The position numbers were made by a program, and so were the translations under genes. Of a stretch of 64,000 nucleotides of DNA, positions 34,608 through 48,500 are shown piece after piece (position 1 is the stretch's first letter; every line of letters begins with the position of its first letter). Origin of the DNA: Squalus acanthias. Its lineage: Eukaryota. Location: the NCBI GenBank assembly GCA_030390025.1, contig JASTWF010000033.1, positions 3,660,001 to 3,724,000 on the forward strand, given 5' to 3'. Below the pieces are notes generated by a model. The model was not told the origin of the DNA and made no database searches. It saw only the letters and a list, made by a program, of their open reading frames with translations.

Positions 34608-37600
34608 CATACATAGAAGATACATAGAACAGTACAGCACAGTACAGGCCCTTCGGCCCTCGATGTTGTGCCGAGCATTGTCCGAGACCAAGATCAAGCT
34701 ATCACACTCCCTATCACTCTGGTGTGCTCCATGTGCTTATCCAATAACCGCTTGAAAGTTCCTAAAGTGTCCGACTCCACTATCACAGCAGGCAGTCCAT
34801 TCCACATCCCAACCACTCTCTGAGTAAAGAATCTACCTCGGACAGCCCTTCTATATGGTTGCAGGGTGAGCAGGGCTGGGAGCTTAACATACAGGGGTAT
34901 TCAGTATTTAGGAAGGATCGACAAAAAAGAAAGGGAGGAGGGGTAGCATTGCTGGTAAAAGAGGGGATAAATGCAATTGAAAGGAAGGATATTAACTCAG
35001 TTAATACAGAATCTATATGGGTGGAGCTAAGAAATAGCGAGGGGCGAAAAACATTAATAGGAGTGGTATATAGGCCTCCAAATAGTAAAATAGAGGTTGG
35101 GGAGGGCATCACGAGGGAAATTAGAGAAGCGTGCAATAAGAGCACAGCTGTCATCATAGGTGACTTTAACTTACATATAGATTGGACTAGCCTAATCAGT
35201 AAAAATAATGAGGAGGAGGAATTCCTTGAGTGTTTAAGGGATGGTTATCTGGATCAATATGTCGAGGAACCAACTCGGGAACAGGCTATATTGGACTGGG
35301 TACTGTGCAATGAGAAAGGACTAATTAGCAATCTTGTTGTACGGGGACCCTTGGGTCAGAGCGATCATAACATGATCGATTTCTCACTCGAAATGGAGAG
35401 CGAAGAAATTGACTAAGAGACTAAGGTTCTGAATTTAAACAAGGGGAATTATGATGCCATTAGACGGGAACTGAGTAGGTCTGATTGGACAACGTTCCTG
35501 GGAGGACTGGAGGTAGATAAACAATGGCAAGCATTTAAAGATAGAATGACAAAATTGCAAAAATTGTTTATACCAATCTGGCATAAAAGGAAATCTAAAA
35601 AGGTGACTCAACCGTGGATAACAGGGGAAATTAGAGAGAGCATAAAATCCAAAGATAGGGCGTATAAAATAGCCAAAAAAAGCGCCAGAGCGGAAGATTG
35701 GGAACAGTTTAAGATAGAGCAAAGGAGGACAATGGGCTTAATCAAGAGGGGCAAAATAGCTTACAAAAGCAAGCTGGCGGAAAATATAAAAAATAAACTC
35801 CAAAAGCTTTTATAAGTATATCAAGAGGAAAAGACTGGTGAAAACCAAAGTTGGTCCATTGCAGTCAGATACGGGGGAATATATAACGGGAAATAAGGAA
35901 ATGGCAGTCCAAATAAATGCCTACTTTGGGTCAGTCTTTACGAAGGAAGACACAAAAAACCTCCCTGGGATATCGGGAAAAAAAGGGACATTGGCAAAGG
36001 AGGAACTGACGCAAATCAATATCTCTAAGGATATGGTGTTAAGGAAGCTAAAGGGATTGAAGGCGGACAAATCCCCAGGGCCTGATAACATGCATCCTAG
36101 GGTACTGAAGGAGGTGGCCCTAGAGATAGCGGATGCACTAAGTATAATTTTTCAGAATTCATTAGACTCGGTAACAGTGCCCATGGATTGGAGGGTAGCT
36201 AACGTTACCCCACTATTCAAAAAGGGGGGTAGGGAAAAAGCAGGTAATTACAGACCTGTAAGCCTTACATCAGTTGTGGGCAAAATGCTGGAGTCCATCA
36301 TTAAGGATGAAATAGCGGAGCACTTAGCAAATGGGGACAGGATAGGACAGAGTCAACATGGATTTACAAAGGGTAAATCGTGCTTGACTAATCTATTGGA
36401 ATTTTTTGAGGGAGTAGCTGGTAAAATAGATGGGGGAGAGCCAGTAGATGTGGTGTACCTGGACTTCCAAAAGTCCTTCGATAAGGTCCCACATAAAAGA
36501 TTAGCATGGAAAATTGAAGCTCATGGGATAAAGGGGAAAGTATTGACGTGGATAGAGAACTGGCTGTCAGATAGAAAACAGAGAGTTGGAATAAACGGCT
36601 CATTTTCTGAATGGCAGGCAGTAACAAGTGGGGTACCACAGGGATCTGTCCTGGGTCCCCAGCTGTTCACAATTTACATTAATGACCTGGATCAGGCAGT
36701 CGGATGCAGCATTTCCAAATTTGCAGACGACACTAAATTGGAGGGGGGGGGGGTGGGCTCAGAGGAGGAGACCAGGAAGCTCCAGAGCGATTTGGACAGA
36801 CTGGGTGATTGGGCGGATAAATGGCAGATGCACTATAATGTGGACAAGTGCGAAGTTATCCACCTTGGGTGCAGGAACGGGAGGGCAAATTATTATTTAA
36901 ATAGCAATAAATTGGGAGAGGGGGAAGTACAGAGAGACCTGGGTGTTCTTGTACACCAGTCACTGAAGGCGAGCATGCAGGTGCAACAGGCGGTCAAGAA
37001 GGCAAACGGTATGCTGGCCTTCATAGCAAAAGGGTTGGAATACAGGAACAGGGATACCTTGCTGCAGCTGTACAGGGCACTGGTGAGACCACACCTCGAG
37101 TACTGTGTACAGTTTTGGTCGCCTCATCTGAGGAAAGATGTTCTTGCCATGGAGGGGGTGCAGCGGCGATTCACCAGGCTGATACCAGGAATGGCGGGAT
37201 TGACCTATGAGGAGAGACTATGTAGTTTAGGGATGTACACACTGGAGTTTAGAAGATTGAGAGGGGACCTCATAGAAGTGTATAAAATTCTGACAGGTCT
37301 AGACAGACTAGATGCAGAAGGAATGTTTCCCTTGGCGGGTGAGAACAGAACTAGAGGACATAATTTAAGGATAAGGGCTAAACCATTTAGGACAGAAATG
37401 AGGGGGAATTTCTTCACTCAAAGGGTGGTGAACCTGTGGAACTCATTGCCACAGAGGGCAGTGTACGCCAGCTCATTAAATATATTTAAGAGGGAATTAG
37501 AGATATTTCTACAGGCAAAAGGGGTTAAGGGTTACGGAGAGAAGGCGGGGACGGGATACTGAATTGGAGGATCAGCCATGATCTCATTAAATGGCGGAGC

Positions 37601-38970
37601 AGGCTCGAAGGGCCGGATGGCCTACTCCTGCTCCTATCTTCTATGTATCTATGTATCTGTGTATATCTCCCCCCATGCACCTTATAGTTATGCCCCCTTG
37701 TAACAGCTGCCTCTACCCGAGGAAATAGTTTCTGAACATCCACTCTATCTATCCCCCTCATCATCTTATAAACCTCTATTAAGTCGCCTCTCATCCTCCT
37801 CCGCTCTAAAGAGAAAAGCCCCAACTCCCTCAATCTTTCCTCATAAGACCGCCCCCCCCCCCCCCCAAACCAGGCAGCATCCTGGTAAATCTCCTTTGCA
37901 CTCTTTCCAATGCTTCCACGTCCTTCCTATAGTGAGGTGACCAGAACTGCACACAATATTCCAAATGTGGTCTCACCAAGTTCCTGTACAGTTGCAGCAT
38001 AACCTCACGGTTCTTAAACTCAACACCTCTGTTAATAAACGCCAACACACCATAGGCCTTCTTTACTGCTCTATCCACTTGAGTGGCAACCTTCAGAGAT
38101 CTGTGGATATGAACCCCCAGATCCCTCTGTTCCTCCACGTTCCTCAGAACCCTGCCGTTGACCCTGTAATCCTTATTCAAATTTGCCCTACCAAAATGAA
38201 TCAACTCGCACTTATTAGGGTTAAATTCCATCTGCCATTTTTCGGCCCAGCTCTGCATCCTATCAATGTCTCTTTACAGCCTACAACAGCCCATCACCTC
38301 ATCCACTGCTCCACCAATCTTGGTGTCATCAGCAAATTTACTGATCCACCCTTCAGTCCCCTCCTCCAAGTCATTGATAAAATCACAAACAGCAGAGGAC
38401 CCAGCACCGACTCCTGTTGCACACCGCTGGTAACTGGTCTCCAGTCCGAAAATGCTCCATGCACCACCACCCTCTGCCTTCTATGAGATAGCCAGTTACT
38501 TATCCAATCGGCCAAATTTCCCTCTATCCCACAACTCCTTTCTTTCTTCATGAGCCGACCATGGGGAACCTTATGAAACGCCTTACTAAAATCCATGTAT
38601 ACGACATCAACTGCTCTACCTTCATCTACACACTTAGTTACCTCCTCAAAGAATTCAATCAAATTTGTTAGGCAAGACTTACCCTTCACGAATCCGTGTT
38701 GACTATCCCTGATTAAGTTGCCCCTTTCCAAATGGTCATAAATCCTATCCCTCAGGAACTTTTCCATTATCTTACCAACCACCGAAGTAAGACTAACCGG
38801 CCTATAATTACCAGGGTCATTCCTATTTCCTTTCTTGAAGAGCGGAACAACATTCGCCACTCTCCAGTCCTCTGGCATCATTCCCGTGGACAGTGAGGAC
38901 CCAAAGATCAAAGCCAGAGGCTCTGCAATCTCCTCCCTTGCCTCCCAAAGAATCCTAGGATATATCCCAT
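34608..38970 (-). mobile_element. 5'-truncated CR1 (same subfamily as 27841-29416), split by a later CR1
   Basis: Pieces 34608-34856 and 37662-38970 join at the duplicated TATAT. ORFs 37525-37833, 37830-38258 and 38294-39067. Confidence 0.9.
34857..37661 (+). mobile_element. 5'-truncated CR1 with an uninterrupted 574-aa RT-region ORF (35838-37562)
   Basis: APE remnant at 34859-35416; RT motifs intact; (TATGTATC)n tail; TSD TATAT at 34852-34856 / 37662-37666. Confidence 0.92.
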
Positions 38971-38999
38971 GCGTTGCTACTTTAAATAATTTGTTAATC

Positions 39000-40455
39000 A
39001 GTGCCCCTCTACCCCATTCCCACTCTGATTTCCAAGGAGTATTTGGGAAACTTATTCTTCCTAGCAAAATGCAGTACCTCTCACTTAGCTATATTGAAAT
39101 TAATTTGCCATTTAAACGCCCTTTCTGCAAGTTTATTAATGTCTGCAGGTATTGTGTTGCATTCTTCCTCTGTAGTTACTGTACTTCCAATTTGGATTCA
39201 TCTGCAAATTTTGAATTTGTTCTTCTGCTTCCCGATTCAATATCGTTTATGTAAATGGTGAACAACAATGATTGCAACGCCGATCCTTGTGGAACATCAC
39301 TTCTCACCATCCACCTATCTGAGTAAATCGCTTTATCCACTACTCCCTATTTTCAGTTCTTGCAGCTATCTTGCTGTCCATTCTGCTGCTTGTCTCCTAA
39401 CTCCACTTGCTCTGTCATTCAGTCTGCTATGGGGTACCTTATCAAATGGCTTTAAAAATCAAATATATCTCCTGCATAACCCTTATCTAATCTTTCTGAT
39501 ACTTATTCAAATAATTCACTAAGGTTACTCAAGCAAGACATTCCAAAGGGGGTGCAGGAACAGATGGACCCGGGGGTACATGTACAAAAATCGTTGAAGG
39601 TGGCAGGGCAAGTTGAGAAAGCAGTTAAAAATGCTTACTGGAATCTTAGCTTCATAAATAGAGGCATAGAGTTCAAAAGCAAAGAAGTTATGATAAACAT
39701 TTATGAAACATTGGTTCGGCCACAACTGGAGTATTGTGTCCAATTCTGGGCACCGCAATTTAGGAAGGGGCATGAAGGCTTTAGAGAGGGTGCAGAAAAG
39801 ATTCACAAGAATGTTTCCAGGGATGAGGGACTTCAGTTATGTAGATATTAAGAGAAGCTTGGGTTGTTCTCAGTGGAGCAGGGAAGATTGAGAGGAGATT
39901 TGATAGAGGTGAGCAAAATCATGAGGGTTCTAGACAGAGTAGACAGAGTAGATAGAGAGAAGCTGTTCCCATTGGTAGAACGGTTAAGAACCAGAGGGCA
40001 CAGGTTTCAGGTGATGTGCTGAAGATCCAAAGGTGACATGAGGAAAAACTTTTTAAGGCAGCGTTGGGTTATGATCTGTAATGCACTGTCTGAAAGGGTG
40101 GTGCAGGCAGATTCAATCGTGGCTTTCAAAAGGGAATGGGATAAGTACCTGAAGGAAAAGAATTGCAGGGCTACGGTGAAAGGGCAGGGATTGGGATTAG
40201 CTGCAGTGCATGTGCAGAGAGTGAGCACGGGCTCGACAGGCCGAATGGCCTCCTTCTGTGCTATAACCATTCTATGATTTCCTTTTGGTAAACCTGCTGA
40301 ATACTCGTTATTATATTTTGTGTTTCTAGATGATTTTCTGTTACATCTTTGAGTAAGGATTCCATTAACTTTCCGACCATCGACGTTATGCTAACTGGTC
40401 TGTAGATCCATGGAATTGTTCTATCTTCCATTTTAAATACAGGAATAACATTTAA
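39000..40455. mobile_element. Decayed CR1 fragments in both orientations
   Basis: Plus-strand ORFs 39552-39851 (VRPQLEYCVQFW) and 40038-40277; minus-strand YRPVSITS at 40261-40467. Confidence 0.75.
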
Positions 40456-40459
40456 TTGG

Positions 40460-41860
40460 TGAACCACAGTGATCTTCCATTCCGTTCCTCGACTTCTCGA
40501 TCTTCATTTCAGGGTCTAGGCCATCCACCAATATCTACTATAATCCCATCAACTCCCACAGGAATCTTGAGTAGACTTCCTCCCACCCGGCTTCCTGGAA
40601 GGGCTATATTCTATTCTCAAAGTTTCTCCGCCACCGTTGCATATGTTCTGACGATGCCACCTTTCACACCAGTGCTTCCGAAATGTCTTCATATTTCCTC
40701 AGCCGAGTACTCACCTCCATTGTGAATGACAGGGCCCTCGACCGTGTCAATCTGCATTGCTCCCATCACCCCTTGTCCTCAGCTTCCACTGCACCAGCCT
40801 TCACATTCAATGGATCATCCTCTGCCATTTCCATCATGTCCAGCTAAGGCCAACAACAAACATATCTTCCCCTGCACTCCCATCCTCCCGGCCCTCGCAA
40901 CACCCTGGTCCACTCTTCCATCACCACTAACATCTGCTCCCCTTCCCCGGCACCTTCCTATGCAAGCGCAGGAGATGCAACAGCTGCCCTTTCCCATCTT
41001 TCCATCCCACCAGCCAAGGCCCCAAACATTCCATCCACGTGAAAGATTAATTTACTTGTACTTCCACCAATTTAATATATCATACTCGCTGCCCACGATC
41101 CAGTCTCCTGTACATTGGGTGGACTAAGCACAGATTGGGTGATTGCTTTGCTGAACGCCTCCGTTCAGTGCACAAGTGTGATCCAGAGCTTCAGGTCACT
41201 TTCCACTTTAATTCTACATCACACTCCCACTCTGAAGTCTCTGTTCTCGGCCTCCTGCACTGTTCCCATTTTAAACTCAATGAGGAACAGCACCTTATTT
41301 TTAGATTCTGCATTTTATTGCCTGCCGGATTCAACACTAAGTTTAAAAACTTCAGATCATAACCTCCGCTCCCGTTTTCTCGGACGACATGTGCTGGTAA
41401 TGGAGGATGGCTCCACCAGAGCCACTGGGAGTGGAGGAGGTTTGGGCTGGGGCTTGGGGTGGCGATCCCGGTACACGGTCAGCGGGCTGGCCCAAACACC
41501 TGGGGTCTACCCAACTTTCTCTGCCACATGTGCCCTACTACCCCTCCCCCTTGTTATTCTGCTGTAACCATTTACACCTCATCTAGACCCATCTTCTGTT
41601 TCTTTAATTCTACCATTCGCCTTGCACCATCATCCCTTTAGTCATTGAATCACTCCTGCCCTCCAACCAATCACAGAGATTCCAATGTTTTCTATCCTTA
41701 TGCATAAGCACATTTCTGTGACTCTATCATTGCTTTAATACTGATAATATCTGGAATCGTCCAGTTCGGATGAAAGGTCATCGGCCTGAAATGTTAACTC
41801 TGTTTCTCTCTGCACAGATGCTGCCTGACCCGCTGAGTGTTTTCAGCATTGTCTTTTTTA
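40460..41860 (+). mobile_element. Penelope-like element remnant (RT thumb, GIY-YIG endonuclease, pLTR end)
   Basis: Decayed SQFLR..ICSDDATF segment at ~40610-40670; LGDCFAERLRSV..HFNS..EEQHLIF..P.GFN at 41135-41362; tail GATGAAAGGTCA..CTGAAATGTTAAC..AGATGCTGCCTGACC. Confidence 0.78.
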
Positions 41861-41869
41861 ATAAATTAA

Positions 41870-44800
41870 AGCTAGTATTAAGTAAAAGGAGGAAGCTTAT
41901 AAAGTTGCCAGAAAACACAGTCAGCCTGAGGATTGGGATCTTTCAGAAATCAGCAAAGGGGGACCAAGAAATGGATAAAGAATGGGAAAATGGAATAAGA
42001 GCACAAATTAGCTAAAGATATAAAAACGGATTGTAAAAGCATCTATAGGTATGTGAAAAGGAAAAGACTGGTGAAGGTAAATGTAGGTCCTTTACACTCA
42101 GAGATAGGATCATTTATAATGGGGAATGAGGAAATATCCGAGTAATTAAATAAATACTTTGTTTATGTCTTCACGGAGGAAGACACAAAAAACCTCCCAG
42201 AAATACAAGAAAACCAAGGGTGTGGCGAGAATGAAGAAGCAACATATAGAGTGGATAAAGGGGAACCAGTGGACGTAGTGTATTTCGACTTCCAAAAGGC
42301 ATTTGACAAGGTGCCACACAAAAGATTATTGCTTAAGGTAAAAAATCACGGGATTGGGGGTAATATTCTGGCATGGATAGAGGATTGGCTATCTAACAGA
42401 AAGCAAAGAGTTGGGATAAATGGTTCATTCTCAGACTGGCAATCAGTAACTAGTGGTGTTCCACAGGGGTCAGTGCTGGGTCCCCAACTCTTTACAATCT
42501 ATATTAACGATTTGGAGGAAGGGACCGAGTGTAACATATCAAAATTTGCAGATGATACAAAGATGGGAGGGAAAGTAGTGAGTGAGGAGGACATAAAAAA
42601 CCTGCAAGGGGACATAGACAGGCTAAGTAAGTGGGCAGAGATTTGGCAGATGGAATACAACACTGGAAAGTGTGAGGTGATGCACTTTGGCAGGAAACAT
42701 CCTAGAGCAATTTATTATCTTAATGGCAAGAAACTGGAGAGTACTGAAGTGCAAAGGGATCTGGGGGTCCTGGTGCACGAAACTCAAAAGGTTAGTATGC
42801 AGGTGCAGCAAGTGATTAAGAAGGCAAATGGAATGTTGGCTTTCATTGCTAGGGGGATAGAATATAAAAATAGGGAGGTATTGCTTCAGTTGTACAAGGT
42901 ATTGGTGAGACCGCACCTGGAATACTGCATACAGTTTTGGTGTCCTTACTTAAGGAAAGACATCCTTGCTCTCGAGGCAGTGCAAAAAAGGTTCACTCGG
43001 TTAATCCCGGGGATGAGGGGGTGGTCATATGAGGAGAGGTTGGGTAGATTGGGACTCTACTCATTGGAGTTCAGAAGAATGAGAGGCGATCTTATTGAAA
43101 CATATAAGATTGTGAAGGTGTTGGATCGGGTGGATGCGGGGAGGATGTTCCCGATGACGGGTGAGACTAGAACTAGGGGACACAGTCTTAGAATAATGGG
43201 CTGCTCTTTCAAAACTGAGATGAGGAGGAACTACTTCACTCAGAGGGTGGTAGGTCCATGGAATATGCTGCCACAAAAAGCTGTAGAAGCTACATCATTA
43301 AATAAATTTAAAACAGAAATAGACAGTTTCCTAGAAGTAAAGGGCATTGAGGGTTACGGGGAGCGGGCAGGAATTTGGACATGAGTCTAGGTTCGGATCC
43401 GGTCATGGCCCTGTGGGTAGTGGAGCGGGCCCAGGGACCGTGTAGCCTGATTCTGCTCCTATTTCATGTGTGCAATTCTGTTAGATGCAGGAGATGGTTC
43501 TGTGATAGATAGTAGATTGGCGGTTAGGATCAGTTCAGCCATGATCTTATTGAATGGCGGAGCAGGCTCGAGGGGCCGATTGGCCTACTCCTGCTCCTAT
43601 TTCTTATGTTCTTATGTTAAGAACATAATGCAATTATTATTAGTAAAAAAACAGTACGAGCAAAATTAATGGGACTAAAAGTCGATAAATCTCAAGGACC
43701 GGATGGCCTACATCCTCGGGTGTTGTAAGAGGTGGCCATTGGGATAGTGTACGCATTGGTTGTCAACTTCCAAAATTCTATAGATTCTGGAATGGTTCCT
43801 GCAGATTGGAGGATAGCAAATGTAACCCCGCTTTTTAAGAAAGGAGGGAGAGGGAAAAGGGGAACTACAGACCTGCTAGTCTCACATCAGTCGTTGGAAA
43901 AATGCTGGAATCTATTATAAAGGATGCAAGAACTGGGCACTTAGAAACTAATAGTAAGATTGGGCAGAGTCAACATGGATTTATGAAAGGGTAGGCCTGT
44001 TTGACAAACCTATTGGAGTTCTTTGAGGATGTAACTAGTGGAGTAGACAAAGGAGAACCGGTAGATGTGGTGCATTTGGATTTTCAGAAGGCCTTCGATA
44101 AGGTCCCACACAAGAGGTTGGTGGAAAAAATTAGGGCACTTGGAATTGGGGGTAATATACTAGCATGGATTGTGAATTGGTTAACAGACAGGAAACAGAG
44201 TAGGGATAAATGAGTCTTTTTCAGGATGGCAGGCTGTGACTGGTGGGGTACCGCAAGGATCGGTGCTTGGGCCCCAGCTATTCACAATCTATATCAATGA
44301 TTTGGATGATGCGACTAAATGTAATTTTTCCAAATTTACTGATGAAACGAAGCTAGGTGGCAGTGTCAGTTGCGAAGAGGATGTCGACTGGCTCAGTGAG
44401 TGGGCGAGAACATAGCAGATGGATTATAATCAGGATAAATGTTTCAGTTATCCAGTTTGGTCGAAAAAACGGAAAGGCAGAGTATTTCCTGAATGGTGAA
44501 AGATTGGGGAATGCAGATGCTCAAAGGTACCTGGGTGTTCTTGTACATGAGTCACTGGAAGTGAATGTGCAGGTGCAGCAAGCAATTAGGAAGGCAAATG
44601 GTATGCTGGCCTTCATTACAAGAGGATACTTGCGTACAGGAGTAAAGAAGTCTTCCTCCAATTCTATAGGGCCTTGGTGAGACTACACCTGGAGTACTGT
44701 GTACAATTGTGGTCTCCTTACATAAGGAAGGATATACTTGCCATAGAGGGAGTTCAACGAAGGTTCACGAAATTTATTCCTGGGATGACGGTTCTGTCGT

Positions 44801-45243
44801 ATGAGAAGAGATTGAGTAAACTAGGCCTGTATTCTCTTGAATTCAGAAGAATGAGAGGCGTTCTCATTGAAGCATACAAAATTATTACAGGGCTTGATAG
44901 GGTTTGTGCTGGGAGAATGTTTCCGTTGGCTGGGGAGTCTAGAACCGGGGGCCACAGCCTTTGGATAAAGGGTAGGCCATTCAGGACAAGGATAAGAAGA
45001 AATTTCTTCACACAGAGGGTGGTAAATCTTTCGAATTCTCTACCCCAGAGGATGTGGATGCTCAGTCATTGGGTATATTCAAAACAGGTCGATAGATTTC
45101 TGACTAGTAAGGGCATCAAGGGGTATGGCGATAAGGCAGTTGAATGGAATTGAGGCAGAAGATCAGCCATGATCTCATTGAATGGTGCAGCAGGCTAGAA
45201 GGGCCAAATGGCCTACTCCTGCTCCTATTTCTTATGTTCTTAT
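41870..45243 (+). mobile_element. Older CR1 (pieces 41870-42238 and 43619-45243) split by a younger CR1
   Basis: Broken ORF2 pieces; duplicated AAGAA at 42234-42238 / 43619-43623; tail ends ~45243. Confidence 0.85.
42239..43618 (+). mobile_element. 5'-truncated CR1, same subfamily as 11268-15891, intact long 3' UTR
   Basis: ORF 42251-43384 (FADD..ERAGIWT). It shows the empty-site sequence for the proviral insertion. Confidence 0.92.
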
Positions 45244-45279
45244 TTTCATATCAGAATTAAAGCAGTCTCCGTATTTTGC

Positions 45280-45530
45280 ATTTGCTCATATACTTCCGCC
45301 TGGATATTAAGAGAGGCGGGTTATGTACGATGGCCGGTAGGTACGGGGTGTATGTGGAATATCAGACAGGATACCAGGAAGTCCAACTATTCCCGGACGT
45401 TGGGGTGTCTTAACTCCACAGCATACGTCCTTTCTCCTTGATTGGTTCCCCACCCCGGAAGTCAGCCTGATTGACAGTCGGGCTTCCAGTCGGACGGGGT
45501 GGAGGGACTCCGGAGCAGGACCAGGTCGGT
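45280..45530 (+). promoter_or_regulatory. Candidate CpG-rich promoter / first exon
   Basis: ETS-type ACTTCCG (45292), CAGGAAGT (45375) and CCGGAAGT (45455); inverted CCAAT (45441); TGATTGACAG (45468); possible donor CAG/GTCGGT (45525). Motif evidence only. Confidence 0.35.
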
Positions 45531-45589
45531 CGGATGGATGAAACTGGGTTGAATGGGGCGTCTGATCTAGCGGTGTGTCCGATCATGGA

Positions 45590-48500
45590 CCAGGGGATTT
45601 GACCTGTCCCGGGGGGTGTGACCGATCCCCGGGGGTTTGAATGGTTCTGGGACTTTGACTGGTCCCGAGAGATTGACCGGTCCCGGGAGTTTGACCGGTC
45701 CCAGGGTTTGACCAGCTCCGGGGGTTTGACCAGTCCCGGGGGATTTACCGGTCCCGGGGGTTTGACCGGTCCCGGGGGTTTGACCAGTCCCAGGGGATTG
45801 ACCAGTCCTGGGGGTTCGACCGGTCCCGGGATTTGACCGGTCCCAGGGGTTTGACCAGTCCCGGGGGTTTGACCAATCCCGGGGGATTGACCAGTCCCGG
45901 GGGTTTGACCAGTCCCGGGGGTTTGACCGGTACCGGGGGGTGTGACCAGTCCCGGGGGTTTGACCGGTCCCGGGGGTTTGACCGGTCCCGAGGGTTTGAC
46001 CGGTCCCGGGGGTTTGACCGGTCCCGAGGGTTTGACCAGTCCCGGGGATTTGACCAGTCCCGGGGGATTGACTGCTCCCGGGGGTTTGACCGGTTCCGGG
46101 GATTTGACCGGTCCCGAGGGTTTGACCGGTCCCGGGGGTTTGACCGGTCCCGAGGGTTTGACCAGTCCCGGGGATTTGACCAGTCCCGGGGGATTGACTG
46201 GTCCCGGGGGTTTGACCGGTTCCGGGGATTTGACCGGTCCCGGGGGTTTGACCGGTCCCAGCGGATTGACCGGTCCCGGGGGTTTGACCAGTCCCGGGGG
46301 TTTGACCAGCCCCGGGGGTTTGCCCGGTCCCGGGGGTTTGACCGGTCCCGGGGGTTTGACCGGTCCCAGGGCTTTGACCGGTCCTGGGGCTTTGACCGGT
46401 CCCGGTGGTTTTACTGGTCCTGGGTGTTTGACTGGTCCCGGGGTTGTGACCTGTCCTGGAGGTTTGACCAGTCCCGGGGGTGTGACCGGTCCCAGGGGAT
46501 TAACCAGTCCCGGGGGTTTGACCAGTCCCGGGGGTGTGACCGGTCCCAGGGGATTGACCATTCCCGGGGGTGTGACCAGTCCCGGGGGATTGACCAGTCC
46601 CGGATATTTGACGGGTCCTGGGGGTGTTTGACCAGTCCCGGGGGTGTGACCAGTCCCGGGGGTTTGACAGGTCCTGGGGGGTTTGACCAGTCCCGGTTGT
46701 TTGACCGGTTCCGGGGGTGTGACCAGTCCTGGGGATTTTACTGGTCCCGGGGGTTTGACCAGTCCCGGGGGTTTGACCTGTCCCGGGGGTTTGACTAGTC
46801 CTGGGGGTTTGACCTTTCCCAGGGGTGTGACCTGCCCCGGGTGTTTGACCAGTCCCAGGGGTTTGACCTGTCCCGGGGTTTTGACCGGTCCCGGGGGTTT
46901 GACCTTTCCTGGGGGTTTGACCGGTCCCGGTGGCGTGACCTGTCCCGGGTGTGTGACCTTTCCCGGGGTTATAACCAGTCCGGGGGGTTTGACCGGTCCC
47001 GGGAGTTTGACCTGTCCCGGTGGTTTGACCAGTCCCGGGGGTTTGACCAGTCCCAGGGGATTGAAAGGTCCCGGGGGTTTGACCAGTCCCAGGGGTTTGA
47101 CCTGCCCCGGGGGTTTGACATGTCCCGGGGGTCTGACCGGTCCAGGGGTTTGACCGGTCCCGGGGGTTTGACCAGTCCTGGGGGTTTGACCAGTCCCAGG
47201 GGATTGACCAGTCCCGGGGGTTTGACCAGTTCCGGGGGTTTGACCGGTCCCGGGGGGTGTGACCAGTACCGGGGGATTGACCAGTCCCGGTGGTTTGACC
47301 AGTCCCAGGGGATTGACCAGTCCCGGGGGTTTCACCAGTCCCGGGGGTTTGACCAGTCCCGGGGGTGTGACCAGTCCCGGGGGTGTGACCAGTCCCGGGG
47401 GATTGACCAGTCCCGGAGGTTTGACGGGTCCTGGGGGGTTTGACCAGTCCCGGCGGTGTGACCAGTCCTGGGGGTATTACCATTCCCGGGGGATTGACCA
47501 GTCCCGGAGGTTTGACGGGTCCTGGGGGGTTTGACCAGTCCCGGGTGTTTGACCGGTCCCGGGGGTTTGACCGGTCCCGGGGATTGATCGGTCCTGGACG
47601 TTTGACGGGTCCTGGGGGGTTTGACCAGTCGCGGGGGTGTGACCGGTCCCGGGGGTTTGACCTGTCCCGGGGGGTTTAACCTGTCCCGGGGGTTTGCCCT
47701 GTCCTGGGGTTGTGACCCGTCCCGTGGGTTTGACCGGTCCCGGGGGTTTGACCAGTCCTGGGGGTTTGACCAGGCCCGGGGGTTTGACCGGACCCGGGGG
47801 TTTGACCGGTCCCGGGGGTTTGACCGGTCCCGGGGGTTTGACCAGTCTTGAGGGTTTGACCAGGCCCGGGGGTTTGATCGGACCCGGGGGTTTGTCCGGT
47901 CCCGGGGGTTTGACCGGTTCCGGGGGTTTGACCGGTCCCGGGGGTTTGACCATTCCCGGGGGGATTGACCTGTCCCGGGGGTTTGACCTGTCCAGGGGGT
48001 TTGACCGGTCCCGTGGGTTTGACCGGACCCGGGGGTTTGACCGGTCCCGGGGGTTTGACCGGTCCCGGGGGTTTGACCAGTCCCGGGGCTGTGACCTGTC
48101 CCGGGGGTTTGACCTGTCCCAGGGGTTTGACCTGTCACGGGGGTTTGACCGGTCCCGGGGGTTTGACCTGTCCTGGGGGTTTGTCGGACCTGGGGGTGTG
48201 ACCAGTCCCGGGGGTTTGACCAGTCCCAGGGGATTGAAAAGTCCCGGGGTTTGATAAGCCCCCGTGTTTGACCAGTCCCGGAAGTGTGACCAGTCCCGGG
48301 TTTTTGACCAGTCCCGGGGTGACCAGTCCCGGGGGTTTGACCTGTCCTGGGGGTTTGACCGGTCCCGGGGGTTTGACCGGTCCCAGCGGGTTTGACCAGT
48401 CTTGGGGGATTGACGAGTCCCTGGGGTTGTTACCGGTCCCGCTGGTTTGACCAGTTCCGGGGGTTTGACCGGTCCCAGGGGTTTGACCAGTCCCAGGGGT

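Noticed and set aside
35838..37562. Active or domesticated reverse transcriptase gene
   Set aside because: Part of a 5'-truncated CR1 with a broken endonuclease; intactness is explained by youth.
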